Part shown: positions 9,407 through 19,337 of the stretch, piece after piece
Layout: every line of letters starts with the position of its first letter
How positions within the stretch are numbered: position 1 is the stretch's first letter
Source of the DNA: Gemmatimonadota bacterium
GTDB lineage: Bacteria; Gemmatimonadota; Gemmatimonadetes; Gemmatimonadales; Gemmatimonadaceae
Direction of reading: 5' to 3'
Length of the DNA: 64,000 bases
Assembly (NCBI GenBank): GCA_040389905.1
Contig: JAZJZK010000007.1
Location: forward strand, 351,492-415,491
Position numbers and translations under genes: made by a program
The notes under the pieces: model-generated
The model's database searches: none
What the model was told of the DNA's origin: nothing
Seen by the model: only the letters and a program-made list of their open reading frames with translations

Positions 9407-11236
9407 TTACGGCGAACCACAGAGTGTCTTGAATTGCTGCGACACGTACGGCCTGAGCGTCGCCGCATAATCGAGGAACTGCTTCGCCGCCTCAGGCGCC
9501 GCGGCCCCGTTCGTCGCCAATTGGATCTCGGCAATCACGAGATTGTCCTGCGCAATCGTCGCCATCGCGCAACTCTTGGCGGTGGGTAGTTCCTGCGCGG
9601 CAAGTTGGGCGATGCCGAACGCCGCGGACCCAACCAGAAAGCCCGCGTTTTTCGAAGGTGCCATCCGCTGTGACAATTCCAGAAAGCGCAACGCCATCTC
9701 GAAGTCCGAGCGCTTCTTCGACGCGTTCGCCGCGGTATACATCACGTTCCCCCGCGCCAGGGTGAACTGCGCGACGAGCGCGGAGTCCGCGGCGGAATGC
9801 GTTCCCCCCTGGAGGATGACGAGGGCACTGTCGTTCAGTTCGACGTCGATGTACGCCTGCGCGAGTTGGAGATAACTCCGGGCAAGTGTGGAATCGGATG
9901 CGACGGCGCGGCGCGTTGATTCGAGTGCGCCGTGCATATCACCGCGTTTACGCTTGTTCTGCGCGTCGAGCGCGAGAAGTTTTCCGTTCGTCGGAAAGCG
10001 CTCGAGGCCGCGTGAGAGCGCCACGTCATTCTCGCCGAGGACGAGTTGGCTGTAGAGGAGGTAGAGCTCCGCGTCCTCGGGGTGGAGTGACACGCCCTCG
10101 GCAGCGATCGAGATGGCCTGGAAGGGTTGGTTCGCATTCCGGTACGCACCGGCCATCCGGAGGAAATAGTCCGGCTGCGTTTCGTACGTGGGCGACAGTT
10201 TTCGCAGCGCAACGCCGACCTTGGTGGCCTCAACCCAATCCTGCGTCGCCAGCAGTACGCGCCAGTGTAGTCCCGCCAGATGCTCATCCTCGGGGCGTTC
10301 ACTGGTCGCCTTGGTGATGATCGGCTTGGCGATCGACGGATTCCCGTCGCGCATGAGTGCAGACACGACGCGCGCCACGACCTCCGCGTTCTGGCTCTCG
10401 AGCACCGCCACGCTGCTCCACGCGCGTCCCGCACCGGCGCGGTTCCCGAGCGCGTCGTACGCGTTCGCCGCCGCTTCCCATCCGTACCAACTCGTCGAAT
10501 CGAATGAGATGAGGGCGAGCGCAACCTTGAGGATGGAGTCGGCAGGTTGTCCAAGCGCCGTGAATGCGCGCAGCAGGCAGGCGCGCGCGATCGCGGCGCG
10601 CGGATAGGCGAGCACGCCTTCGCGCGCGGCGGCGGCGGCGTCTCTCGGTGATCCGGCTCGCATTGCATTCTCGCACCGGCGCACGGGCGCAAGCTGCTCG
10701 CGAGCGCGAAGGACTTCCGCGGCGAATGCGTCTGACGCGGGATCGACGTCGGGAAGCTCCGGCGTGACGATTGGCTGCTTGAGGCCGGAGTCGCGCGTCA
10801 GGACCAGCGCGCCTTCGAGGCGGAGCGCGTGCCCGGCACCGGGAATCGCCCGCCCGATGACATACTCGTCGGCGCGATGGCGGCGCGCCATGTCACGAAT
10901 CTCCGCACCCAGCAGCACGCTGTCGGTGTTGAAGCCCGCCTTTTGCAGTTCCTGCAACATCTCCCAGCGGTTGACCACGATGAGGTCACGCTTCGCGCCG
11001 TGGCTGAGCGCACCATCGACGGCGTCGCCGACTCGGCGGCCGAGGCTGCCTTTGCCGCCGTCGAAGTTATGGACCAGCAAGCGCTGGCGGAGAAACTCCT
11101 GCTGCGCGCTTGCCCGTGTCGGAGAGAGTCCGCCGAGAGCCGTCACTCCGAGAAGGACGGCGCCGAAAAAACGATGCGCGCGCAGGATTTGCGGGGTGGG
11201 GACGAAGAGTGACGTCGGTGGGATACCGCTAGACAT
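9407..11236 (-). CDS. Exported TPR-like helical repeat protein
   Basis: Signal-like segment ending ASAQ; repeated Ala-rich helical pairs with TPR-like A..YP / L..P spacing. Confidence 0.65.
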   Translation of the reverse strand: MSSGIPPTSLFVPTPQILRAHRFFGAVLLGVTALGGLSPTRASAQQEFLRQRLLVHNFDGGKGSLGRRVGDAVDGALSHGAKRDLIVVNRWEMLQELQKAGFNTDSVLLGAEIRDMARRHRADEYVIGRAIPGAGHALRLEGALVLTRDSGLKQPIVTPELPDVDPASDAFAAEVLRAREQLAPVRRCENAMRAGSPRDAAAAAREGVLAYPRAAIARACLLRAFTALGQPADSILKVALALISFDSTSWYGWEAAANAYDALGNRAGAGRAWSSVAVLESQNAEVVARVVSALMRDGNPSIAKPIITKATSERPEDEHLAGLHWRVLLATQDWVEATKVGVALRKLSPTYETQPDYFLRMAGAYRNANQPFQAISIAAEGVSLHPEDAELYLLYSQLVLGENDVALSRGLERFPTNGKLLALDAQNKRKRGDMHGALESTRRAVASDSTLARSYLQLAQAYIDVELNDSALVILQGGTHSAADSALVAQFTLARGNVMYTAANASKKRSDFEMALRFLELSQRMAPSKNAGFLVGSAAFGIAQLAAQELPTAKSCAMATIAQDNLVIAEIQLATNGAAAPEAAKQFLDYAATLRPYVSQQFKTLCGSP

Positions 11237-11351
11237 AATACGCAGAGGGAAGCGATTCCGATGCCACCCCGCAGCGTTACAGGCCTCGCTTTCCGGCGAC
11301 GGACGTGACAGTCTTCACACGGCATTTTGACACGAGACCAGCGACCTGCTC

Positions 11352-11852
11352 ATGGCACAAACCGCATCATTCGACGTGACGACCGGCGTGGACCTCCAGG
11401 AAGTCGACAACGCCATCAACCAGGCCCAGAAAGAGGTCGTACAACGCTATGACTTCAAGGGTTCCAAGGCGACGATCGAGTTCAAGCGAGCGGAATCCCT
11501 CATTGCCCTCGTGGCCGACAGCGATTTTCAGATGACCGCGCTCTTCGACATCGTACAGACCAAACTGATCAAGCGCGGCGTTCCCGTGAAGAATCTCGAC
11601 ATCGGTGAATTGAAGCAAGCCGGAGGCGACACCGTTCGTCGTGACGTGAAACTCAAGATGGAGCTTGATCCGGAGACGGCGAAGAAGGTCGCGGCAGCAA
11701 TCAAGGAAGCGAAGCTGAAGAAGGTGCAGGCATCGATTCAGGGAGAGCAGGTTCGGGTGAGTGGCCCCTCTCGCGATGAATTGCAGGGGGCCATTGCGTT
11801 GCTCAAGAGCAAGGACTTCGGTGTGCAGCTGCAGTTCGGGAACTATCGGTAG
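11352..11852 (+). CDS. yajQ: YajQ-family nucleotide (c-di-GMP)-binding protein
   Basis: SFDV...QEVDNA...RYDFKG; KVQASIQGEQVRVSG; C-terminal QFGNYR. Confidence 0.95.
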   Translation: MAQTASFDVTTGVDLQEVDNAINQAQKEVVQRYDFKGSKATIEFKRAESLIALVADSDFQMTALFDIVQTKLIKRGVPVKNLDIGELKQAGGDTVRRDVKLKMELDPETAKKVAAAIKEAKLKKVQASIQGEQVRVSGPSRDELQGAIALLKSKDFGVQLQFGNYR

Positions 11853-11856
11853 CCGG

Positions 11857-13773
11857 ATGCCGAGGTCGCGCCTCCTTCGCTATGGCGCCGCCCTCGCGGC
11901 GTTGCTGGCCGGCAGTTCCTGCGGGGGAGATTCCGCGCCAAGTCAGGTAACGCCGCCCGCCTCCGTCGTCACAAGCATCGAGGTCACGCCATCGTTGCCA
12001 ACGCTCGAAATTGGCTCGACCATGACGATGTCGGCGACGGTTCGTGATCAGCGGGGGGCGGCCATGAGTCAACAGGTGCAGTGGACAAGCAGCAGTGAGA
12101 CGGTCGCGCAGATTGGTGCGTCGACAGGGCTCCTGACGCCGACCGGTCCAGGCACCACCACGATTTCAGCATCGGCCGGTGGCAAGCTGGGGACGACGAC
12201 GCTGACCGTCTTTCAGACGGTCGCGTCCCTGTTCATCGACAGTATTCCGCCGAAGCTCTATGTCGGTAAGACGGCGCAACTCGTGTTTCAGGTGCGCGAT
12301 GCGATTGGTGTGGCCGTCAACTTGAAGGCGGTCACATGGACGTCGAGCGCGCCGTCCGTCGCAACCATCTCGCCGTCGGGACTGCTCACGGGCGTCTCGC
12401 TCGGGACGACGCAGATTACCGGTGTCGTGGATGGAAAAACGGCATCGCGCTCGATTGTCGTCCAGCCGCTGCCGCAGGTGTTCGTTACGATGACCCCGGA
12501 GAATGCGTCGCTCGCGCGCGGTGCCGACTACGCGTTGACGCCCAGTGTCACGGATCTCGATGGAAAGCCGCTCGCCGGTCGCGTGGTCACCTACTCGACC
12601 TCCGATGCATCGATTGCGACGGTGACGGCCGCCGGCGTCGTGCATCCGATCGCCAACGGCGTCGCGACGATCACTGCGTTGGTCGACGGTCAGGACGCGA
12701 CGTCGCGCGTCACCGTGCTCGATCCGCGAACCGTGAGCGGCACGGTCTACACCGCCGATGGTGCGAGTCCCGCGAACGTGGCGTTTACCGCCCGCTTCGG
12801 CGGCGGCGTGTCGGTGCAGCGCTTCGTCGCACCGGTCAACGCGGCCACCGGTGCCTTCTCGCTCGTCATTCCATTTTTTGCGACGAACGCGCCCGTTATC
12901 GAGTACTTCGTCGATATCGCGTCGGGGACGTCCCGGCCGTATCACCCGTCCTACGTCAGGCTGTCCGGCGGGGCCGCGCCGGTGAACTCGCGCATTGTTC
13001 TCGTCCCCCACACGGTGGTGCCGGATTCTGGGACGTACGCCGGCAAGTCGTTCGCGGTTGACCTGAACGAAGCGTTCACGCCTGTGTGTCCGTATTCTCC
13101 AGTGGACGCAAACTGCCAGAGCTACTGGCCGAACTATTGGCTTTCAGGCGGAATCAAGAACTGGCCGGATGCGGCTCGCCCCATTCCATTGGCCATCGAT
13201 CGCACGCCAGGGCCCGCGACGGCCGCGGATTCCACGGCGATGTGGACGATCATTCGAATCATGGAAGCCGATCTCGGCAGGCAGCTGTTCAAACCTGTCA
13301 TCTTTTCCGGGTACACGACGCCTGGCTACACCAACGGTCAGGTACTCGTCTCGTTCGATGCCTCGTTGAGTGGCTTTGCGGGCTATACAAACTGGTTTTG
13401 GGACGCGAGTGCCTCCGTTGTGTATGCGCGCATCCGGCTCGCTGGTGCACAGTATTTCGCGCGCTCCGACATCGTGTCGCACGAGTTGACGCATGCGCTT
13501 GGGTTCAGCCACACCTGCCGGTGGACCACGATCATGGGCGGCTACTCGTGTACCCAGACGACGCGGCTGAGCCAGACGGACGTCGCGTACTACCACCTGG
13601 CGGAACTCGTGCGGCGGAAGTCCGCGGCGGTGTCGGCGACGTGGAGTGTGCAAGAGGGCCTCGACGGCGTGCGGGTGCTGGAACTGAAGCTCCCCGCACC
13701 CGATGCGGTGTCGGCAAACGTGTTTGCGCTGAAGTCCAGGATTGGACTTCCGGGCAGCGACGCGTCGCCGTAG
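11857..13773 (+). CDS. Lipoprotein with three bacterial Ig-like (Big_2-type) repeats and a C-terminal zinc metalloprotease-like domain
   Basis: Lipobox-like GSSCGG; three W/Y-[ST]-S-S..VA.....G..T repeats; HELTHALGFSH motif followed by IM (Met-turn-like). Confidence 0.8.
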   Translation: MPRSRLLRYGAALAALLAGSSCGGDSAPSQVTPPASVVTSIEVTPSLPTLEIGSTMTMSATVRDQRGAAMSQQVQWTSSSETVAQIGASTGLLTPTGPGTTTISASAGGKLGTTTLTVFQTVASLFIDSIPPKLYVGKTAQLVFQVRDAIGVAVNLKAVTWTSSAPSVATISPSGLLTGVSLGTTQITGVVDGKTASRSIVVQPLPQVFVTMTPENASLARGADYALTPSVTDLDGKPLAGRVVTYSTSDASIATVTAAGVVHPIANGVATITALVDGQDATSRVTVLDPRTVSGTVYTADGASPANVAFTARFGGGVSVQRFVAPVNAATGAFSLVIPFFATNAPVIEYFVDIASGTSRPYHPSYVRLSGGAAPVNSRIVLVPHTVVPDSGTYAGKSFAVDLNEAFTPVCPYSPVDANCQSYWPNYWLSGGIKNWPDAARPIPLAIDRTPGPATAADSTAMWTIIRIMEADLGRQLFKPVIFSGYTTPGYTNGQVLVSFDASLSGFAGYTNWFWDASASVVYARIRLAGAQYFARSDIVSHELTHALGFSHTCRWTTIMGGYSCTQTTRLSQTDVAYYHLAELVRRKSAAVSATWSVQEGLDGVRVLELKLPAPDAVSANVFALKSRIGLPGSDASP

Positions 13774-13775
13774 TT

Positions 13776-14242
13776 CCGCTCGTTCTGTCGCCCTGCGCCC
13801 TTCGTCGCTTGCGTTCCTCGAGGGCAGGCTTCGCGAAAGTGCCCGCACCATCTGGTCGTACGCAGTCCGCCCATTTCGCCAGGTCGGCGCGAGGTCATCC
13901 CACGCCGGGTTGTTCGCACTGATCAGCTCGATCTTTCGGCGCCGCGTCCATCCCTTGAGCTGCTTCTCTCGTGCGATCGCTGCACGTATATCGTGAGTCG
14001 TCTCGACGTGAACGAGCCTGGTAATGCTATGACGGGCAGTTGTCACGACTGTGCCCGACCGATGCTCGTCGAGGCGGAGGACGAGATTGCTCGTCACGCC
14101 GATGCACAGGGCACGAGATTGGCCCGCGAGTATGTGGACGTAGTAGGTTCGCATGGCCGAACATTGAGCGAGGCGGGCGCTGACCGCGGCGAAGAGCGGA
14201 GGTGCGGGCCCTTCACTTCGTTCAGGGCGACAAAACGAGCGG
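13776..14242. mobile_element. Candidate REP-bounded GIY-YIG element
   Basis: Left end CCGCTCGTTCTGTCGCCCTG...GCCCGCACC (13776-13849) is the inverse of right end GGTGCGGGC...CAGGGCGACAAAACGAGCGG (14201-14242); a GIY-YIG gene lies between. Confidence 0.6.
13879..14154 (-). pseudogene. Small GIY-YIG nuclease family gene, degenerate; no stop after the domain, ORF runs on to 13144
   Basis: YYVHIL...LCIGVTSNL..R..EH...AIAREKQLKGW.R.RKIELI...NPAW.DL; both signature Tyr appear substituted (H, C). Confidence 0.75.
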
Positions 14243-14307
14243 GGCGGCTACAGCTAACTCTCGTAGCAAATTAGATTTACGAAGCCTGCCCACACCCCAC
14301 GACCTTC

Positions 14308-15690
14308 ATGAAACTCGGCTTCATCACCCTCGGGTGCGACAAGAACACCGTGGACAGCGAGCGCTATCTCGCACAACTCGCTGACCGCGGCGCCGAGTAC
14401 ACCGATGATCTCGCACAAGCCGAGGTGATCATCATCAACACGTGCGGCTTCATCGACGCCGCCAAGAAAGAATCTCTCGACGCCATCATTCAGGCGGGCG
14501 ACCTCAAGGAGTCCGGATCATGCCGCGCCGTCGTCGCCGTTGGATGCATGGTCCAGCGACACAAGGGCGAGCTCGAAGCGGCGCTCCCGGAAGTCGACCT
14601 GTTTCTCGGGTCGTCCGAAATGGACCAGCTCCTTCCGGAGCTCGAAGCGCGCGGCCTGATCGACGATGTCCCGGCCATTCATCCCGGCGTTCGGCTTTTT
14701 ACCGGCGACACGCCGCACATTCGCTACCTCAAGGTGAGCGAGGGATGTGACCACGGCTGCGCCTTCTGCGCGATTCCACTCATGCGGGGCAAGCACCGCT
14801 CCTTTGCGCTGGATGAAGTCGTCCGCGACGCCCAGCTCCTCGAAGCGCAGGGCGCGCGCGAGGTCAACCTCGTCGCGCAGGATCTGGCGCACTACGGCCG
14901 CGATCGGCGCGACGGGTTCACGCTGCCGGAGTTGCTCGAGGCGCTGGTTCGTGAGACGTCCATCCCGTGGCTTCGCATGCTGTACCTCTATTCGTCGGGG
15001 ATTACGCCCCGTCTCCTCGAGGTCATGAGTGCGGAACCGCGCATCCTGCCGTACCTCGATATGCCGATGCAGCATGCGTCCGATGCTGTACTCGCGAGAA
15101 TGCGCCGGCCGGAGCGCCAGCGCACCATCCGCGATCGGGTGCAAACCATCCGCGGTGTAGTGCCCGACATCGCGATCCGCACCACGTGCATCGTCGGCTT
15201 TCCCGGCGAGACGGACGAGGACTTCGCGCAGCTCATGGCCTTCCTCGAAGAGATCCAGTTCGAGCGAGTCGGTGCGTTTACGTACTCCCCGCAGGAGGGC
15301 ACGAAGGCCGCCGAGATGATCGATGACGTGCCGGAGTCCGTGAAGCGACAGCGGCTCGAGCGCCTCATGGAGCTGCAACGACAGGTAACGGCGGAGCGCT
15401 ACGAGCGCTTCATTGGGCGCACGGCACGCACGATGATCGACCGCATTGTGGACGGAGAAGCGCAGGGACGGACCGTGTGGCAGGCGGACGACGTCGACGG
15501 AATCGCCTACGTCCAGGGTGCCGAGGAGCTCCCGCCAGGTACGATTATCGACGCGGTCATCGAAGGGGTCGAGGACGATGTGGATTTCCGGGCGACGCTG
15601 CTTCGGGTGATCGACCTCCCGGGAGCGCCGCCGAAGCGCGCCCGGTCGCTGCCGGTAATGAGTACGTCGATTGGGAGCTTTGGCCGTTGA
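14308..15690 (+). CDS. rimO: Ribosomal protein S12 methylthiotransferase
   Basis: LGCDKNTVDSE, NTCGFI, radical SAM CDHGCAFC, IVGFPGET, C-terminal TRAM-like region. Confidence 0.95.
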   Translation: MKLGFITLGCDKNTVDSERYLAQLADRGAEYTDDLAQAEVIIINTCGFIDAAKKESLDAIIQAGDLKESGSCRAVVAVGCMVQRHKGELEAALPEVDLFLGSSEMDQLLPELEARGLIDDVPAIHPGVRLFTGDTPHIRYLKVSEGCDHGCAFCAIPLMRGKHRSFALDEVVRDAQLLEAQGAREVNLVAQDLAHYGRDRRDGFTLPELLEALVRETSIPWLRMLYLYSSGITPRLLEVMSAEPRILPYLDMPMQHASDAVLARMRRPERQRTIRDRVQTIRGVVPDIAIRTTCIVGFPGETDEDFAQLMAFLEEIQFERVGAFTYSPQEGTKAAEMIDDVPESVKRQRLERLMELQRQVTAERYERFIGRTARTMIDRIVDGEAQGRTVWQADDVDGIAYVQGAEELPPGTIIDAVIEGVEDDVDFRATLLRVIDLPGAPPKRARSLPVMSTSIGSFGR

Positions 15691-17023
15691 CCGAGCGCGC
15701 CGTTTGAGGTCCGCTCGGTTTTTCGCCCGGGTAGCGGAGGGCCTGCACCTCACGCCCGTTCCACGCCGCATCGCAGCATTCGCCATCATCGCCGCCGCGG
15801 GTTGTTCCGCCGCTGCGGCCTCTCGAAAACCGGCGACCCCCAACGCGCCAGGAGCCTCCGACAAGCGCAGCGCATCCGCCCGCATCGTCCGCATTGGGCT
15901 CGCGGACGCGGTCGCGTCGGTCCGCGTAAGCTCTGCCGGTCCATGGGTAATCTTTGCCGAGGACGGGCGTACCCCAGTCGCGCTGACGCAACCGGGGGAG
16001 AAATGGCTCATCGAGCGCGAGGGTCTCGCCGTCCGCGCACAGCGCGAGGATTCGCGGCCGGTGTCGGCGCGCGAGGGTACCGTGGTCGTGCACCCGCTGG
16101 ATGCCGACGGCCAGATTGGCTTCAATGGACGTCGGTATCGCGGCGACCTTGTGATCTCCGCCACGGCAGCGGGCCTCGTCGTCGTGAATCGTTTGCCGAT
16201 GGACGACTACCTGCGCGGCGTAGTTCCACTCGAAATTGGGTCCACGTCGTCGCGAGATGTCGCAGCCGTCGAAGCGCAGGCGGTGACCGCGCGCAGTTAT
16301 GCGGTGACGCACATCAACAGCCGTGCGCGATACGACATGCGCGCAACGGTGTCCGACCAGGTCTACGGAGGCGCCGGCGTCGAAACAAACGCGTCGAACC
16401 TCGCGGTCCAATCCACGAGCGGATTGGTTCTACTCTACGGGGGACAGGTCGTGAACGCCCCGTACTATTCGACCTGTGGAGGCAGCACGGCTGAGCCACA
16501 GGATGTGTGGCGTACCGGGCCGGAGCCCTATTTGCGCCGTGTCAGCGACCAGATCCCCGGGACGACGCGCTTCTACTGCGACTTCGCGCCGCGGTATCGG
16601 TGGACTCGCACATTCGGTCGTGACGATCTTCGCCAACACGTGGTGAAGTACATGAAGAGCCTCGGCGGAAATGCGAGCACGATATCGAGTGTCCGAAGCG
16701 TGACGGTCACAGACGTCACGCCGGCAGGGCGGGTGTCGGTGTTGACGATCGAAACGGATCGCGGGGCAATCACTTTGCGCGGGAACGAGATGCGATCGGC
16801 GTTACGGCTGGCGAGTGGCGAGTTGTTGTACAGCACGTACTTTTCCGTCGAGACGGTCATGGGACGAGATGGAGTCGAGACGCTGACACTGATTGGCGGC
16901 GGCAATGGTCACGGTGTGGGCATGTGCCAGGCGGGCGCGATCGGGCGTGCGCGCGCCGGCCAGGACTTTCGGACGATCCTTCGGACCTACTATCCCGGTA
17001 CGACCGTTGGCACCATTGACTGA
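15671..17023 (+). CDS. SpoIID/LytB domain protein (peptidoglycan lytic enzyme); start uncertain
   Basis: YLRGVVPLE, AQAVTARSYA, DQVYGG, GHGVGMCQAGA, YYPG. Confidence 0.92.
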   Translation: MGALAVDRARRLRSARFFARVAEGLHLTPVPRRIAAFAIIAAAGCSAAAASRKPATPNAPGASDKRSASARIVRIGLADAVASVRVSSAGPWVIFAEDGRTPVALTQPGEKWLIEREGLAVRAQREDSRPVSAREGTVVVHPLDADGQIGFNGRRYRGDLVISATAAGLVVVNRLPMDDYLRGVVPLEIGSTSSRDVAAVEAQAVTARSYAVTHINSRARYDMRATVSDQVYGGAGVETNASNLAVQSTSGLVLLYGGQVVNAPYYSTCGGSTAEPQDVWRTGPEPYLRRVSDQIPGTTRFYCDFAPRYRWTRTFGRDDLRQHVVKYMKSLGGNASTISSVRSVTVTDVTPAGRVSVLTIETDRGAITLRGNEMRSALRLASGELLYSTYFSVETVMGRDGVETLTLIGGGNGHGVGMCQAGAIGRARAGQDFRTILRTYYPGTTVGTID

Positions 17024-17056
17024 ACGCCCGCGAGGTCACGGGCGAGGAGACCGATC

Positions 17057-18091
17057 GTGATTCGGCCGAGCCAGGAAGTAAAGCAGACGAGTGATCCCAT
17101 CCGTATCGGTGTGGTCGGAGCGGGCGCGATCGCTCAACTCACCCATCTTCCCGTCCTGACGAAGATGCGCGGTGTCGAACTGGTCGCCGTCTGCGACAAT
17201 GATCGCCCGAAGGCGCGAGCGCTCGCCGACCGCTTCGGCGTGCCCGACGTGTGTACGGACATCGAAGACCTGCTCGCCACCGAGGGCCTTCAGGCGATCG
17301 TCATTGCGACGCCGAATCACCTGCACGAGCCACATGTCCTGAGCGCAATCGCGTCAGGAGTAGACGCGCTCGTCGAGCGTCCTTTGTCACTGACCGCGCG
17401 GGGTGTGGAACGCATCGTGAACGCGGCCAGCCGCGCCAACCGGAAGGTGCTGGTCGCGAACAATCATCGCTTTCGAAGCGACGTCCAGGCGCTTGCCGGC
17501 TTTCTGCGTGGGGGCGAACTCGGCAAGCTGACCGGCATGCGCGCTGGCGCATACCACCATAAGCGCACCGAGGGTGGTTGGAGACAGCGTCGCGTCGAGT
17601 CGGGTGGCGGATCGTTCTTCGACTATGGTCTTCCGCTGCTCGATCTCGCGCTGTGGCTGAGCGATTATCCGGAACCGGAGCGCGTCGTCGCGCAGATGGA
17701 GCGTGGCAGTGGCAAGAATGCCGTCGAAGAAGCGATGCTGGTACAGGTGCGGTGCAAGTCCGGGATCGCGTTCAATTTCGATGTCTCCGGGTCCTATGTC
17801 GGCGAAGAGGAGCGCTGGTGGTTCGAGACGTTGTCGACGCGCGGGAGCACGCGACTCGCGCCGCTTCGCGTGGTGAAGGAACTGCACGGGCGTCCCACCG
17901 ACGTGTCTCCGCGCGGGGCCGCGGCGCGCGAGAGCGCGTTCATTCAGTCGTATCGCGCGGAACTCGCACACTTCGCGGCCGTCATCGGTGGCTCGGCCGA
18001 ATACGAAGCACCGACGGATCAGATTCTGTTGCACCGAATCGTCGAGGCGATCTACAAGTCCGCGGACGAAGGACGCGAGATTCGCCTGTGA
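17057..18091 (+). CDS. Gfo/Idh/MocA family oxidoreductase
   Basis: IGVVGAGAIA Rossmann motif; IATPNHLH; VERP (EKP variant). Confidence 0.9.
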   Translation: MIRPSQEVKQTSDPIRIGVVGAGAIAQLTHLPVLTKMRGVELVAVCDNDRPKARALADRFGVPDVCTDIEDLLATEGLQAIVIATPNHLHEPHVLSAIASGVDALVERPLSLTARGVERIVNAASRANRKVLVANNHRFRSDVQALAGFLRGGELGKLTGMRAGAYHHKRTEGGWRQRRVESGGGSFFDYGLPLLDLALWLSDYPEPERVVAQMERGSGKNAVEEAMLVQVRCKSGIAFNFDVSGSYVGEEERWWFETLSTRGSTRLAPLRVVKELHGRPTDVSPRGAAARESAFIQSYRAELAHFAAVIGGSAEYEAPTDQILLHRIVEAIYKSADEGREIRL

Positions 18092-19335
18092 TGGTTCGCC
18101 GTCTCGTCGCGGCATTCGCGCTGTTCGTCTCGGCGACCGCCAGCGTGCGCGCGCAGACGCCGCCGGCGCCCGCAACGGCCTCCGAGATGACCGTTACACT
18201 CGTGACGTTCGGGCTCGGCGATCTGGTGTGGGAGCGCTTCGGCCATAATGGACTCTGGTTCCACGATCCGGCGACGGGCGAGGACGCGCTCTATGACTGG
18301 GGTCGCTTCAACTTCAAGGATCCCGATTTTCTCATACGATTCCTCAAGCTGGACACGAAGTACTACATGGGTGCCAGCGATGGACCGGGACTCATCGAGG
18401 CGTACAGGGAACGTGGCCGGCCGATTACGCTCCAGCGCCTGAATCTCAGTCGGGCGCAGGCGCAGAAGCTGTATGAGTTCGTGCGGTGGAATGCGCTCGA
18501 AGCGAACAAGTACTACCGCTACGACTACTTCGTCGATAACTGTTCTACCCGATTGCGCGACGCGCTCGACAACGCTCTCGGCGGCGCGATCAAGCGCGCC
18601 TCCGCGACTGCACTCACGAGAACATCGTATCGCCGAGAGAGCGTGCGCCTCACTGACGGCGATCGCCCGGTGCAACTCGGCATCAACCTCGCGCTTGGCC
18701 GCCCGGCGGACGCCCCGCTCACCGAGTGGGAGTCGTATTTCATCCCCATGCGTTTGCGGGATGGCGTGCGGAAGGTGCAGGTCCCAGGTCCTGATGGGAC
18801 GATGGTTCCACTGGTCGCGCAAGAACGTGAGCTCGCGCTTCCGCCAGGGATGACGGCGATCACGGAATTGCCGGAAGCACCGCGACTCGCGTGGCGCTAT
18901 CTCGTGCTCGGGTTGCTGCTCGCTGCCGTCGTCGTCGTGCTGCGACTCGTGATGATGTCCCACCGCGCCGCCGCGTGGGCGTTGGCGGTCATCGGCGCCG
19001 TGTGGTCGCTGATCAACGGTGTACTCGGCGTCATCCTGCTCGTGGTGTGGCTCGCAACGCTGCATGTGTTCTGGAAAGGAAACGAGAACGTCCTCATCTT
19101 GACGCCAATGTCTCTGCCCCTCGTGATCCTGATCCCGGCGGCGTTGCTGCGAAACCAGGCGGAGCGTGCGGCGCGCATGGTTGCATCGATTATCGTTGCC
19201 ATGTCTGCTGTAGCGCTCGTGTTGGCGATAGCACCCGGCGGGCAGGAGAATCGTGCGATTGTGGCGTTGGTCGTGCCCGTGCACCTGGCGTTGGCCTGGG
19301 CGCTCGCGCTGCCGAAAGTGGTTCGTCCCACATAG
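18091..19335 (+). CDS. DUF4105 / Lnb-like membrane protein
   Basis: Signal peptide; FGHNGL; YRYDYFVDNCSTRLRD; four C-terminal TM segments. Confidence 0.85.
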   Translation: MVRRLVAAFALFVSATASVRAQTPPAPATASEMTVTLVTFGLGDLVWERFGHNGLWFHDPATGEDALYDWGRFNFKDPDFLIRFLKLDTKYYMGASDGPGLIEAYRERGRPITLQRLNLSRAQAQKLYEFVRWNALEANKYYRYDYFVDNCSTRLRDALDNALGGAIKRASATALTRTSYRRESVRLTDGDRPVQLGINLALGRPADAPLTEWESYFIPMRLRDGVRKVQVPGPDGTMVPLVAQERELALPPGMTAITELPEAPRLAWRYLVLGLLLAAVVVVLRLVMMSHRAAAWALAVIGAVWSLINGVLGVILLVVWLATLHVFWKGNENVLILTPMSLPLVILIPAALLRNQAERAARMVASIIVAMSAVALVLAIAPGGQENRAIVALVVPVHLALAWALALPKVVRPT

Positions 19336-19337
19336 GC

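Noticed and set aside
14518..16164. 548-aa antisense ORF, and similar long shadows at 25357-27141, 46492-47991, 7252-8466 and 18052-19284
   Set aside because: They lie opposite well-supported genes, have no recognisable motifs, and are expected from stop-codon scarcity in high-GC DNA.
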